Shown: positions 39,788 to 50,148, counted from the stretch's first letter. The stretch: 61,083 nt of DNA from a virus (IMGVR_UViG_3300013286_000014:1-61083); one strand, 5' to 3'. Program-made: numbers and translations. Notes: generated from the sequence alone by a model not told the origin.

Positions 39788-41422
39788 ATGTCAACTATTT
39801 CAACACCATTAGATACTCAGTTGATGATTACACTTTATCTCAAAAGAGATAAACATGAGAACGGCATGACTATACAGGAGTATGCTGACGCTGTTATAGC
39901 CGGAACACAGACTGTATTAGGGCATGATGAATATGTTTATCAATTTGGTGCTGTTAAAGATGAGGTAACACTTGTATTAGACTGGGCAACATCAAATGGC
40001 TTAATAATAGAAGAAACAAATATAGACTCAGCCACTACAAAATTATCAGGAACTGCTGAACAGTTTAATAATATTTTTAATATAAGTTTACAAACAGTTA
40101 TTGAGAATAACAGAGAATACATAACACACATTGGTAATATTATTATTCCCACAAACATTGATGCTGTTGTTGATTTGATATTAGGATTAGATAACTCTAT
40201 GAGTTTTTCTCATAATGCAATCTTAGAAACCACTACAGGTCCTATAGATTCAAATCTAATCAGTAGTCCTACTCCGGTTGATCTAGCATCAGCATATAAG
40301 TTTCCTAGGGCTCCCGGGAGCGATTTAGTTCAAGGTAACGGCGTCTGTGTTGCCATTATTGAACTAGGTGGCGGATGGACTACACAAAATCTAACCAGCA
40401 CATTTGGCCGTATTGGTCAGCCTAATCCCACAGTGATAGATGTTTCAGTAGATGGCGGTGTAAATGACGGCGGCGCAGATGTTAACTCTAGTGGCGAGGT
40501 AATGCTTGATATCTACTGTGTAGGAGCAGTAGTACCAGCGGCAAAAATTGCCATGTATTTTGCTCCAAATACTTACCAAGGATTTATTGATACAATTATA
40601 ACACCAACAAATGATACTGTAAATAATCCTAGTGTAATTAGTGTTAGTTGGGGTACGACTGATACTAATTGGGGTAGTGTAAACAGGAATACATTTGAAG
40701 CGGCATTTGCCGCGGCAGTAGTTAAAGGAATTACTGTATTTGTTGCCGCAGGAGACTATGGAGTAAGAGCACTCAGCGGTAGTGCAACATATACAGTACA
40801 GTACCCAGGAACAAGCCCATACGTAGTATGTGCAGGCGGAACTGTCATATCAATTAATAATGATTATTCTATTGCAAGTGAAATTCCTTGGGGAACTAGC
40901 GGCGGCTCATTTGCTGGTGGTGGTGGTGTCAGCGGAATTTTTGGTATTCCTACTTGGCAAACAGGGTTTAATAGTAAATTATATCCAGGTGGAACTGTTT
41001 CAGCATTGACTGGTCGCGGCATTCCTGATGTTTCAGCTATGGCAACTGGCTATACTTTTTATTATGGTGCTGGTAATGCAACTGGAACGTTTGTAGGAAC
41101 TAGTGCTACTGCTCCGTTACTAGCAGGCATGATGGCTAGATTAAATCAATTGTCAGAACGTCGAATTGGTTTTGTTAATTCTGATTGGTATGCAGTAAGA
41201 ACAACTGCATTTAACGACCAAATAACTGGCGATAATCACGGCGGAAATGCCGTAGGTTATATGGCCGATACTGGGTGGGACGCTGCCACAGGGCTTGGTA
41301 GCCCTATTGGTACAGAATTGTATAAATTATACAAAACTGGTACAACTTTTCCTAAAAGAACTTACGGTTTCCGACCTGCAACAGGAACAGTATACCCCCG
41401 TAGAACAACGGGTGCCCGTTAA
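39788..41422 (+). CDS. Sedolisin/kumamolisin-family (S53) serine-carboxyl peptidase with pro-domain
   Basis: IIELGGG, E-x3-D (GEVMLDI), VISVSWG, oxyanion AAGD, RGIPDVS, catalytic GTSATAP, Ca-site GWDAATGLGSP; N-terminal pro-domain; no evident signal peptide. Confidence 0.92.
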   Translation: MSTISTPLDTQLMITLYLKRDKHENGMTIQEYADAVIAGTQTVLGHDEYVYQFGAVKDEVTLVLDWATSNGLIIEETNIDSATTKLSGTAEQFNNIFNISLQTVIENNREYITHIGNIIIPTNIDAVVDLILGLDNSMSFSHNAILETTTGPIDSNLISSPTPVDLASAYKFPRAPGSDLVQGNGVCVAIIELGGGWTTQNLTSTFGRIGQPNPTVIDVSVDGGVNDGGADVNSSGEVMLDIYCVGAVVPAAKIAMYFAPNTYQGFIDTIITPTNDTVNNPSVISVSWGTTDTNWGSVNRNTFEAAFAAAVVKGITVFVAAGDYGVRALSGSATYTVQYPGTSPYVVCAGGTVISINNDYSIASEIPWGTSGGSFAGGGGVSGIFGIPTWQTGFNSKLYPGGTVSALTGRGIPDVSAMATGYTFYYGAGNATGTFVGTSATAPLLAGMMARLNQLSERRIGFVNSDWYAVRTTAFNDQITGDNHGGNAVGYMADTGWDAATGLGSPIGTELYKLYKTGTTFPKRTYGFRPATGTVYPRRTTGAR

Positions 41423-41425
41423 TTA

Positions 41426-41454
41426 AACTAGCACATTTTAAACATTGATAAATA
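41426..41454 (+). promoter_or_regulatory. Late promoter GATAAATA with upstream AACTAGCACA motif
   Basis: GCACA-N13-TAAATA, same spacing as the 12923 and 18395 sites. Confidence 0.55.
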
Positions 41455-41474
41455 TTAGATAAAGAGAGTTAACT

Positions 41475-42083
41475 ATGCAGACCAAAGATCAGACAGGAAT
41501 ACATATTGAGGGTCATATCAAGATTCATGACCCAGTTTCTAAAGAAATTTTCATTGCCAAGCGCAATGCAATTCACTACGAAAACATCAGTTTGGCTCTG
41601 GCTCAAAGTTTAGCTAACAGCGGCAGCGGATTTGTTTATCAAATGGCATTTGGTAATGGTGGTACCAGCATAGATCCAACCGGAATAGTTACATATCTGA
41701 CTCCAAACACCAGCGGAACAAATGCAAGTTTGTACAATCAGACTTATGCCAAAGTAGTCAATCAAAATTCAAGTAATAACACGGATCCCAGTAGAAATTT
41801 TATTGAAACACGCCACACAACTGGCACTAACTATACAGATTTATTTGTAACTTGTTTGCTGGATTACGGCGAGCCAAGTACTCAAAGCGCATTTGACACA
41901 GTGACTAACAGTAATAGCCAGTATGTGTTTGATGAATTGGGCTTAAGAAGTTACAACAAGGACGGAACTAGTTTACTATTGACTCATGTTGTGTTTCATC
42001 CAGTGCTTAAAAGTTTAAATCGTTTAATACAAATTGATTACACAGTGCGTATTCAAAGTTTGACCGGATTGGTAGGGGTATAA
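41475..42083 (+). CDS. Baseplate/tail-fibre attachment structural protein
   Basis: 'GHIKI.D......KRNAI', 'MAFGNGG', 'FDELGL......LLTHVVF.PV.K...R...I.Y' pattern; within the tail operon. Confidence 0.6.
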   Translation: MQTKDQTGIHIEGHIKIHDPVSKEIFIAKRNAIHYENISLALAQSLANSGSGFVYQMAFGNGGTSIDPTGIVTYLTPNTSGTNASLYNQTYAKVVNQNSSNNTDPSRNFIETRHTTGTNYTDLFVTCLLDYGEPSTQSAFDTVTNSNSQYVFDELGLRSYNKDGTSLLLTHVVFHPVLKSLNRLIQIDYTVRIQSLTGLVGV

Positions 42084-42086
42084 TAA

Positions 42087-44492
42087 ATGACGTATCAAGT
42101 TACATTTACACAAACTAACAATCCTGACAAGCCGCCCATCACGGTGGCTGACGGTGTTGTAGATAACAGTACCAGCTTAGAATTTCCAGGTAAGAATTAC
42201 TCAGGATATGGTGCTATCATTGCTAAAGATTTCTTGCATCTGTTAGAAAACTTTGCCAACGATACCAGCCCAAACAACCCAGTGCAAGGACAACTATGGT
42301 TTGACACTGCCAGTGGAATTAACTTGTTAAAAGTATATGATGGTACCGCATGGGAACCAGCTGGCAGCTTAAAGAAAGCGAGCAAAGCTCCCGCCGCCGC
42401 AACCGCAGGAGATTTATGGGTCAACACAAACACAAGTCAACTATATTTGTATTCAGGCAGTACTTGGACACTGATAGGACCACAGTTTAGTGCAGGCCTT
42501 GCAACAGGCCCAGTGGTAGAATCTATTGTAGACACTGCCAACATTAGTCATAACGTTGTTGTAATTTATGCTTCAAGTGTTGACAATACCACCAGTAGCT
42601 ATCGCGTGGCCATTATAAGTCAGGATGCATTTACTCCCAAGTCTGCAATACTGGGATTTACAACAATCAATACAGGAGTCAATGTAGCCAGTTCAAAATC
42701 AACAGTTGATACTGGTAGTAAATATACTGGATTTTGGGGAACAGCAAGCTCTGCAGATGGATTGTTAATCAATGGTTCAGCAGTCGATGGCGCAAACTTT
42801 TTGCGTAGCGACACACCTACCATTGCTAATAATACAGTTAGTATTCGCAATGATGGCGGTTTGGTAATTGGATCCAACTTGGGATTCAATATTGGTATCA
42901 ACGGCAACAGCACATTGTTCTATTCAAAGAACAGCGGAAATCCCATTGACTTTGCATTAAACAACAATGGTACTGTGAACACAGTGCTACACATGACTGC
43001 TGATAGCAAGATTGGCCTAGGCACAAATAATACAAGCCCTCAGAGCACATTGGATGTTATCGGCGGTACAACGATCAAAGACGACCCCAGCACACAAGGC
43101 ACAGTTTGGACCAGCCAAACCGCAGTCACGCTTGATCAATACCTTACCAGTAACACAAACTATTACCGAGTAATAGTTAGTGGTACTACCGGTACCACTG
43201 CACCCACTGATGTTAGCGGTTCGAATTTCCAAGATGGTACTGTCACACTTAAATGGATTGGAGTAATACCTAACTATCCAGTTCCTGGCAGGTTGATTGT
43301 TAAAGGCACTAGTGATATTGATTCTACCAGTGGTAGCCCATTTGATCCAGGTGGTCCAAGTATACAAACATTAGGCGGATTGAAAGTTACTAAAAAATCA
43401 CAGTTGGGTGATGATGTTATCAGTTATGGTCAATTTTATGTCAACTACTTGGACGGTAATAGCCAGCCCATAGCAGCCAGTGTAATATTGCCAGGATCAG
43501 ATCTTGCTGCCAACATTTATGACATTGGTTCTGTGACAAGGCCATTTAGAAATGTATTTGCGCAACAATTCCAAGGAAACTTCAGCGGAACACTGGTAGG
43601 CGGTAGCATTACAGGTAGTACTGGTATTGCACAAAGTGCTGCCAAGTTACAATCGCCTACAGTGTTGCAACTTATTGGAGATGTAACCAGTGACGGTGTT
43701 GAATTTAACGGGCAATCACAGACTGGCGTACAATCTTTTACAACCAGTATCAACCAAGGTATTATTACCAACAAGGTTGCGGCAAGAGATTCTAATTTAA
43801 ATGATGAGCTGTTGATATATCGTCCCGGCACCGGCTTGTTGAGCATGACCAAAACAGTGCTATTCAATCACGTTGCAACAGTGCCAGTGGGTTGTGTATT
43901 TCCATATGCTGGTCTGGTGACCAATTTGCCAACTGGATACCTTCTATGCGACGGCAGTGAAGTCAAAATTGGTAGTTATCCAACTTTATACGCTGTTATT
44001 GGATACTCATACAAAGCGGCATCGCTACTGGTTGGATTAAGTACATTTGCACTACCTGATCTCCGTGGTAGATTTCCATTAGGTCCGGACAACATGAACA
44101 ATGGACTCACTGTTCCAGCCAAAGACGGATCTGGCACACAAGTGAGTGCAGGCGGAGGATCTGCTAATAGAGTAAACAGTGTCAATGCAGACACCGTGGG
44201 GTCATCCAGCGGTAGCGAAAACATTACACTATCAACAACTAACTTGCCAGATCACAAACATAATCTTAATGACGGTGTACAACAGTTTTATGCAGTTGGT
44301 TCTCCTAATCCGGGAACTGATCCTAACACAAATATTAACATCGGTAAGGGCTTAACTGCCCAGGCACAAGCTGGCCAAGGATATGGATTAACTGATAGTG
44401 GTAGTGTAATTTCTAATACTTATGCCACACCAGTAACAGTGATGAATCCATACACAACAATGAATTATATAATCTTTACTGGTGTGGTATAA
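42087..44492 (+). CDS. Tail fibre protein with C-terminal tail-collar domain
   Basis: N-terminal 'GKNYSGYG...LLENFA...P.NP..GQLWFD'; collar 'PVG.V.PYAG....P.GYL.CDG......YP.LYAVIG......F.LPDLRGRF..G'; tip 'NLP.HKH...MNPY..MNYII'. Confidence 0.85.
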   Translation: MTYQVTFTQTNNPDKPPITVADGVVDNSTSLEFPGKNYSGYGAIIAKDFLHLLENFANDTSPNNPVQGQLWFDTASGINLLKVYDGTAWEPAGSLKKASKAPAAATAGDLWVNTNTSQLYLYSGSTWTLIGPQFSAGLATGPVVESIVDTANISHNVVVIYASSVDNTTSSYRVAIISQDAFTPKSAILGFTTINTGVNVASSKSTVDTGSKYTGFWGTASSADGLLINGSAVDGANFLRSDTPTIANNTVSIRNDGGLVIGSNLGFNIGINGNSTLFYSKNSGNPIDFALNNNGTVNTVLHMTADSKIGLGTNNTSPQSTLDVIGGTTIKDDPSTQGTVWTSQTAVTLDQYLTSNTNYYRVIVSGTTGTTAPTDVSGSNFQDGTVTLKWIGVIPNYPVPGRLIVKGTSDIDSTSGSPFDPGGPSIQTLGGLKVTKKSQLGDDVISYGQFYVNYLDGNSQPIAASVILPGSDLAANIYDIGSVTRPFRNVFAQQFQGNFSGTLVGGSITGSTGIAQSAAKLQSPTVLQLIGDVTSDGVEFNGQSQTGVQSFTTSINQGIITNKVAARDSNLNDELLIYRPGTGLLSMTKTVLFNHVATVPVGCVFPYAGLVTNLPTGYLLCDGSEVKIGSYPTLYAVIGYSYKAASLLVGLSTFALPDLRGRFPLGPDNMNNGLTVPAKDGSGTQVSAGGGSANRVNSVNADTVGSSSGSENITLSTTNLPDHKHNLNDGVQQFYAVGSPNPGTDPNTNINIGKGLTAQAQAGQGYGLTDSGSVISNTYATPVTVMNPYTTMNYIIFTGVV

Positions 44493-45622
44493 TGAGCTAT
44501 ACAATAAAACTAACAAATAATAACACGTTAACTGAGATAATTGACGGAACAATTAATCAAACAAGTACTGATCTTACTCTTGTAGGCAAAAACTCCACTG
44601 GATACGGAATTTATTTCAATGATAATTTTGTACATTTATTAGAAAATTTTGCAAACACCAGTCAGCCAAACAATCCAATTACTGGACAAGTATGGTTTGA
44701 TACAACACAAAACAGATTAAAAGTTTATGACGGTGCGCAATTCAAAGTAACCGGCGGAACACTGGTTGGTGCCACTGTGCCCAGTAGCCTAACAACTGGC
44801 GACATTTGGATCAATAGTGGCACTGCACAGTTATATTTTAATGACGGTGTTAGCAACGTGCTGGCTGGTCCTTTGTATACCAAGAGTCAAGGACAGAGCG
44901 GATTTATTGTAGATACAATTCTTGACATTAACAAAGTTCCTCACACCATTGTGTATTTGTATTGCGCCAGTAATTTATTAGGCATATTTGCTAGTGAGGC
45001 ATTTACGCCTGCCACGCCAATCAGCGGATATGCAGGCAGTGTTGGGGTTGGATTCAATGTAAGCAGTTACACAGGAGTACAATTCAATGTTCCGGTACTA
45101 ACAGCGGCCAACTTGTTGGGCGCAGACAGGGTTACATTATATTCAGCAGATAGTTTTGTCGCGACTAGCGGAAATTCCACAATTTCTAACGGCACTTTAA
45201 CTATTCAAAACACAGCACTTATACCAGCATTGGTACTGGGAGCTGGTAGTAACAATGAAATTAACTCGTCAACTGCTACATTTCAGATCAAATCAAACAC
45301 TGCAAATCAAAACTTTGAAGTAGCCACACTGAGTTCAACTGGCTTGACTTCAGCAATTTATATCAGCGCACAAAACAAGTTCATGGGTATTTTTAAAGGT
45401 ACTCCAACAGCCGCATTGGATGTGTCGGGTGCAATTAAATCAACATCAACTATTACAGCTACTGGTGCAATTACTGCGTCTGCATTGAATGTAACCAGCA
45501 GTTATACACCCTCTAGTGCCACCAGCGCAGGAGTTGCTGGCCAAATTACTTGGGATGCAAACTATGTGTATGTGTGTACAGCTACAAATACATGGCGAAG
45601 ATCAAGCCTGACCACATGGTAA
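44492..45622 (+). CDS. Tail fibre protein (paralogous N-terminal module)
   Basis: Shares the 'LVGKN..GYG...N.NFV.LLENFA...P.NP.TGQ.WFD' module; C-terminal 'G.AGQI.WD.NY.YVC.ATNTW.R' motif. Confidence 0.8.
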   Translation: MSYTIKLTNNNTLTEIIDGTINQTSTDLTLVGKNSTGYGIYFNDNFVHLLENFANTSQPNNPITGQVWFDTTQNRLKVYDGAQFKVTGGTLVGATVPSSLTTGDIWINSGTAQLYFNDGVSNVLAGPLYTKSQGQSGFIVDTILDINKVPHTIVYLYCASNLLGIFASEAFTPATPISGYAGSVGVGFNVSSYTGVQFNVPVLTAANLLGADRVTLYSADSFVATSGNSTISNGTLTIQNTALIPALVLGAGSNNEINSSTATFQIKSNTANQNFEVATLSSTGLTSAIYISAQNKFMGIFKGTPTAALDVSGAIKSTSTITATGAITASALNVTSSYTPSSATSAGVAGQITWDANYVYVCTATNTWRRSSLTTW

Positions 45623-45638
45623 TAAGAGCTAAAATAAT

Positions 45639-45646
45639 GATAAATA
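45639..45646 (+). promoter_or_regulatory. Late promoter GATAAATA
   Basis: Upstream of the AGGAG RBS and ATG at 45671. Confidence 0.55.
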
Positions 45647-45670
45647 CTCAAGAATAAGGAAACAGGAGCA

Positions 45671-47152
45671 ATGGCATATACAATTAACAAATACAACGGG
45701 ACGCTACTCGTAACAGTTGCGGACGGTACTGTTGATGCAACTACTGATTTAAAGTTAGTGGGCAAAAATTACGCTGGATATGGCGCAATCCAGAATGAAA
45801 ATTTTGTTTATCTACTGGAAAATTTTGCAAATTCAACATCCCCTTCAAATCCTTTAACTGGTCAAATCTGGTTTGACAGCTCATCCAGCAAGTTAAAATT
45901 CTGGGACGGCGGCAAGTTCCGTACTACAGGCGGCGCTGAAATTGGCCCAACAGCTCCAAGCGGACTTACAACTGGCGATTTCTGGTTTGATACAGTTACC
46001 AGCCAGCTGTTTGCATGGAACGGCACTACATTTACACTAATTGGCCCACAAGCTGTTGCTGGGTCTGCCACAACACAGATGTTGAGTACCAGCCTCAAAG
46101 ACAACTTTGGCACAAGTCATACAGTAATTGAAGCTATTGATAATGGACAAGTTATCTTTATCATCAGCCCAGATAGCGCATTTACATTGGACGGCCAAGT
46201 TAATCCAATTACAGGATTTACACAAATTCAACAGGGTGTCACTTTATGCTACACAAACAACGCAGGCACACCAGGGGTTACATCCAGCAACCATAGATTC
46301 TGGGGAACTGCAACCAATGCAGACCGTTTGGGCGGTTTAAGCGCCGCAAACTATGTTCAAGCTGGTTCTGCGGCATTTAGCACAGTGGTTAACTTTGCAG
46401 ATGTGGGATACACAGTTGGTAATCCTGTTGCACGTTTGCGTGTGTTCAATAACAACAGTAGCACTCCTACTATTCAAAACACCAGTAATAACACTATTGT
46501 TTTCCAAACCACAGTATCTTCCAGTACAGTCACACCATTGCAGTTGGTTGGTGCAGATGTGCTTCCGGGTACCACGCAAGCAAGTAGTCTGGGCACTCAA
46601 AACTATCAGTGGTCAAATGTGTGGGCAACTACATTTAACGGCACTGCTACCAATGCTAACAATTTAGTCATTGGCGGCACAGCTTTTTCAGGCAGTGTGT
46701 CAACCAGCCCAGGAACAGTTGTTGCTCGCGACGGCAGCGGAAACGTTAATGCTAACACATTTAACGGTGCAAGCACAACTAGCTACTATGCTGACTTGGC
46801 AGAAAAATATATAACAGACAAAGAATATACCCCAGGCACTGTAGTGTGTATTGGCGGAGAAGCTGAAGTAACTGCCACATCATCAGGCAGTTTTGCAATA
46901 GGTGCAGTGTCAACAGATCCTGCTCTTATGATGAATAGTGGACTGTCAGGCGGAACATACATTGCACTTAAAGGACGAGTTCCTGTGCTATGTCAGGGGC
47001 CGGTAAACAAGGGCGATTTGATGGTATCAAACGGAGGCGGAACAGCTATATGTGATAACTCCGCTCCGAGCAATGGAAACATTGTATTTGCTGTGGCAAT
47101 AGGCTCAACAAATTCTTTGCAGGTTGAACTTGTAGAATGCTTGATACTCTAA
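45671..47152 (+). CDS. Tail fibre protein with C-terminal intramolecular-chaperone-like domain
   Basis: Same N-terminal module; C-terminus 'YADLAEKY..D..Y.PGTVV.IGG...GAVST.PA..MN......IALKGRVPV...G.V.KGD'. Confidence 0.8.
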   Translation: MAYTINKYNGTLLVTVADGTVDATTDLKLVGKNYAGYGAIQNENFVYLLENFANSTSPSNPLTGQIWFDSSSSKLKFWDGGKFRTTGGAEIGPTAPSGLTTGDFWFDTVTSQLFAWNGTTFTLIGPQAVAGSATTQMLSTSLKDNFGTSHTVIEAIDNGQVIFIISPDSAFTLDGQVNPITGFTQIQQGVTLCYTNNAGTPGVTSSNHRFWGTATNADRLGGLSAANYVQAGSAAFSTVVNFADVGYTVGNPVARLRVFNNNSSTPTIQNTSNNTIVFQTTVSSSTVTPLQLVGADVLPGTTQASSLGTQNYQWSNVWATTFNGTATNANNLVIGGTAFSGSVSTSPGTVVARDGSGNVNANTFNGASTTSYYADLAEKYITDKEYTPGTVVCIGGEAEVTATSSGSFAIGAVSTDPALMMNSGLSGGTYIALKGRVPVLCQGPVNKGDLMVSNGGGTAICDNSAPSNGNIVFAVAIGSTNSLQVELVECLIL

Positions 47153-47169
47153 GAATTAAAGGATAAAAA

Positions 47170-48066
47170 ATGGCTGGACAAGGCACACGAATACTTGCTA
47201 GTGACTATAATGCAATTCAATCAGTAGTTGCTACTGTGCTGGGCGCTGGCTCTGGCGCACTTGGTTACGGCCAAACAGTTACCAGTAGTCAAACAGCAGT
47301 GGGCGCCAAGATCACTGCAACAATGTGGCAAACACTACGCAACGATTTATTGGCAACCCGTCAGCATCAAACTGGCGCAAACGAAAGTGGAAATTTAACT
47401 GCACCAAGCACAGGCATCCTTGTTAGGGAATACGATCGTGCGGCTTACTATGCATATGCACAGTTAGTTCAAACAAATGCATTGACTACGCCACCAGCTG
47501 GGCAAGCATCGTTGGTCACTCTAGCCAACGGTACTAGAACTGCCGCTTGGAATGGAACACTCAATCACACAGTCAGTCTTAATTTTGGTAGTTATGCTGG
47601 AGCAAGATATTTCTTTAATTCAGGTAGTAACATTCAAATTAGCGGTAGTAATACCAATGTTCCGGCAGACGGTAGCCAGGCCAAGAGCAACGACTGGGCA
47701 ACTATATTGGCCAACATGGGTACTATCTCCATGAACTACAACAGCACAAGCACAACCGGTTCAGGCAGTACTGCTGGCAGTGTTGGGTTTTATCAACTGA
47801 CCACTAGCCCACAAACCATATTTACTAAATCCACAGCAAGCCCTACTTACAGTCCAAACCAATATGACATATTGGCTCAGGTTGACGGTACTGGCGGCAT
47901 TGTTACATTTACCATGCAATTCCAGGACCTATCGGGTCAGCCAAATGCTCCATGGGGCACTGACGAATATGTGGAAGGCACACTAAGCAGCCTAGTGCAG
48001 ACTTACTATGCCACAGGCGCCAATGTATCAGTGGCTCTTCCAATCATTACACAGTCAGGACCTTAA
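47170..48066 (+). CDS. Virion structural protein (tail-associated)
   Basis: T/S/G-rich, 'I.ASDYN....V..VLG.G.G..GYGQ', 'ARYFFNSG..I'; last gene of the tail operon. Confidence 0.65.
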   Translation: MAGQGTRILASDYNAIQSVVATVLGAGSGALGYGQTVTSSQTAVGAKITATMWQTLRNDLLATRQHQTGANESGNLTAPSTGILVREYDRAAYYAYAQLVQTNALTTPPAGQASLVTLANGTRTAAWNGTLNHTVSLNFGSYAGARYFFNSGSNIQISGSNTNVPADGSQAKSNDWATILANMGTISMNYNSTSTTGSGSTAGSVGFYQLTTSPQTIFTKSTASPTYSPNQYDILAQVDGTGGIVTFTMQFQDLSGQPNAPWGTDEYVEGTLSSLVQTYYATGANVSVALPIITQSGP

Positions 48067-48078
48067 TCCTCTAATCCG

Positions 48079-48107
48079 TTGACAAGATAATTACTGTAGT
48101 GTATTAT
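48079..48107 (+). promoter_or_regulatory. Sigma70-type promoter TTGACA-N17-TATTAT
   Basis: TTGACA 48079-48084, 17-nt spacer, TATTAT 48102-48107; heads the glycosyltransferase-like operon. Confidence 0.7.
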
Positions 48108-48126
48108 ATACATTACGGAGTTATCT

Positions 48127-48477
48127 ATGGACGAACGAATTGAAAAAGCATTTGCAGTTGCCAATTACATGGCAACACTGTCAAATCAACGCAGAATAAT
48201 ATTAGAAGAATATACCCAAAAGTTGATATTTTATATCAACGGTGCAACATTTAAAATTGGGCCCGACTTAATCAATTTTACCAAGACAATGCTAGATCTC
48301 GATTATACAGAAGATGTGGCGTTCCTTGACTCTAATAATTTTCCAGTAATAATCGATGATGTCCAACAATTCTTTGATGATATCACTTTGATTTATTTTG
48401 AAGCCACAAATAGTTACGCGGCCAAATATGCAGAAATCAAAAGTAAACGAAAAGTTTCGGATATTGTTGAGCTATGA
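48127..48477 (+). CDS. Hypothetical protein
   Basis: 116-aa ORF with GGAG RBS, ATGA-coupled to the next gene. Confidence 0.75.
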   Translation: MDERIEKAFAVANYMATLSNQRRIILEEYTQKLIFYINGATFKIGPDLINFTKTMLDLDYTEDVAFLDSNNFPVIIDDVQQFFDDITLIYFEATNSYAAKYAEIKSKRKVSDIVEL

Positions 48478-49319
48478 CAACTGGCGCAGTAATTTTTGCA
48501 CAGAATAATTCTACTATTGATTATATCAAACTAGCAGTATTTGCGGCTTCTAGAATAAAAAAATATTTGGATATTCCAGTAAGCATCATAACGGATACAA
48601 AAGATTACCTTTTGAAATCTTTTCCTGATCATGGATTTGATCAAATTATAGAAATTGACTTTGTTGCATCTGTACAAAATAAAAAATTCTTTGATGGCAG
48701 TATTACATCAAAAGTACTTCCTTGGAAAAATCACGCTCGAACAAATGTGTACGATTTAACTCCTTACGATAGAACACTGGTAATTGATAGCGATTACATT
48801 ATCAGTTCAACAGTTTTAAAATCAGCATTAGACAATGATTACGATTTTCAAATATATAAAAATAGTTTTGATCTGGCAATTGACCGAGAACGTGATTTTG
48901 AAAGAATAAATCAATACAGTATTCCTTTTTATTGGGCTACAGTTTTTGTATTCCAAAAAAACACAATCATGGAAGCATTTTTTAATCTAGTAAGTTACAT
49001 TAAAACAAACTGGAGCTATTTTCGATTACTCTACAACATAGATTCTTCAACATACAGAAACGATTTTGCATTTAGTATTGCAATACATATTATGGATGGA
49101 AAAACTCAGGGAGATTTTGCAATTGAACTTCCAGGAACAATGACCTATATCACCGATGCCGATGTGCTAATTGATATAGATGAAAATAAAATGAAGTTTT
49201 TAACTCAAAGAAAGAATTTTCTTGGAGAGTATACAGCATCAAAAACTACTGGATTAGATGTACATGTCATTAACAAAATAAGTTTGTTGCGATATGTAAA
49301 CGGAGGTTCTGGTGTCTAA
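48474..49319 (+). CDS. Putative GT-A fold glycosyltransferase
   Basis: 'YDLTPYDRTLVIDSDY' DxD motif, 'YWATV..F.K', 'RNDFAFSIA'. Confidence 0.6.
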   Translation: MTTGAVIFAQNNSTIDYIKLAVFAASRIKKYLDIPVSIITDTKDYLLKSFPDHGFDQIIEIDFVASVQNKKFFDGSITSKVLPWKNHARTNVYDLTPYDRTLVIDSDYIISSTVLKSALDNDYDFQIYKNSFDLAIDRERDFERINQYSIPFYWATVFVFQKNTIMEAFFNLVSYIKTNWSYFRLLYNIDSSTYRNDFAFSIAIHIMDGKTQGDFAIELPGTMTYITDADVLIDIDENKMKFLTQRKNFLGEYTASKTTGLDVHVINKISLLRYVNGGSGV

Positions 49320-50148
49320 AGGATTCTTAATATTTGCACAAAATACAGATACAATTGACTATGTGCGTCAAGCATACGCATTGGCATTGAGTATTAAGTT
49401 TAGCCAGACAGATATCAATGCCGTTAGTATAATTACAAACAGCCCAGTACCTGAAAAATATCAAACAGCATTTGATCAAATAATTCCAATTCCATGGTTC
49501 GATGACACAGTTGATAGTGCTTTAAAAGCAGAGCATCGCTGGAAGCTATATCATGCCAGCCCGTATACCGAAACTATTGTTTTGGATGCAGACATGTTGA
49601 TGTTGGCAGATATCGGTGTATGGTGGGAATATTGCGGCAACTATGACATTAAATTTTGTAATAGAATTTGTAATTACAAAAAAGACATAATTGTGCAAGA
49701 CACACATCATCGTAAAACATTTATCTCAAACAATTTAAATAATCCATACTATGCATTGCATTATTTTAAGCAGTCTGACTATGCGCACGACTTTTATAAA
49801 GTACTAGAGTTTGTTATCAACAATTGGGAATATTGCAGGGGAACATTTGCTCCGTTGGATCCGCAAGAATGGATCAGTATGGATTTGGCAGTGGCATTGG
49901 CTAGTAAAATATACGGAATTGAAGATGATGTATCAAGCCCGTTGGAGTTTGTTCATATGAAGCCTGCAATACAAGGTTGGGCAACTACTCCTATAAGCTG
50001 GAAAAATTTTGTGAACTATGTGCTAAACAAGAAAGGCGAATTTGTTGTTGGCAACATTAAACAAGAAAAGTTGTTTCATTATATAGATAAAAATTTTGTA
50101 GATGATAACCTAATTAATCGGTTGGAGGAACTAGCAAATGGTACGTAA
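49312..50148 (+). CDS. Putative GT-A fold glycosyltransferase (paralog of upstream gene)
   Basis: 'YHASPYTETIVLDADM' DxD motif; N-terminus paralogous to 48474 ('IFAQN....DY'). Confidence 0.6.
   Translation: MSKGFLIFAQNTDTIDYVRQAYALALSIKFSQTDINAVSIITNSPVPEKYQTAFDQIIPIPWFDDTVDSALKAEHRWKLYHASPYTETIVLDADMLMLADIGVWWEYCGNYDIKFCNRICNYKKDIIVQDTHHRKTFISNNLNNPYYALHYFKQSDYAHDFYKVLEFVINNWEYCRGTFAPLDPQEWISMDLAVALASKIYGIEDDVSSPLEFVHMKPAIQGWATTPISWKNFVNYVLNKKGEFVVGNIKQEKLFHYIDKNFVDDNLINRLEELANGT

Noticed and set aside
38020-47152. Diversity-generating retroelement or invertible tail-fibre cassette
   Set aside because: No reverse transcriptase, recombinase or near-identical template/variable repeat pair noticed; fibre similarity is at protein level.
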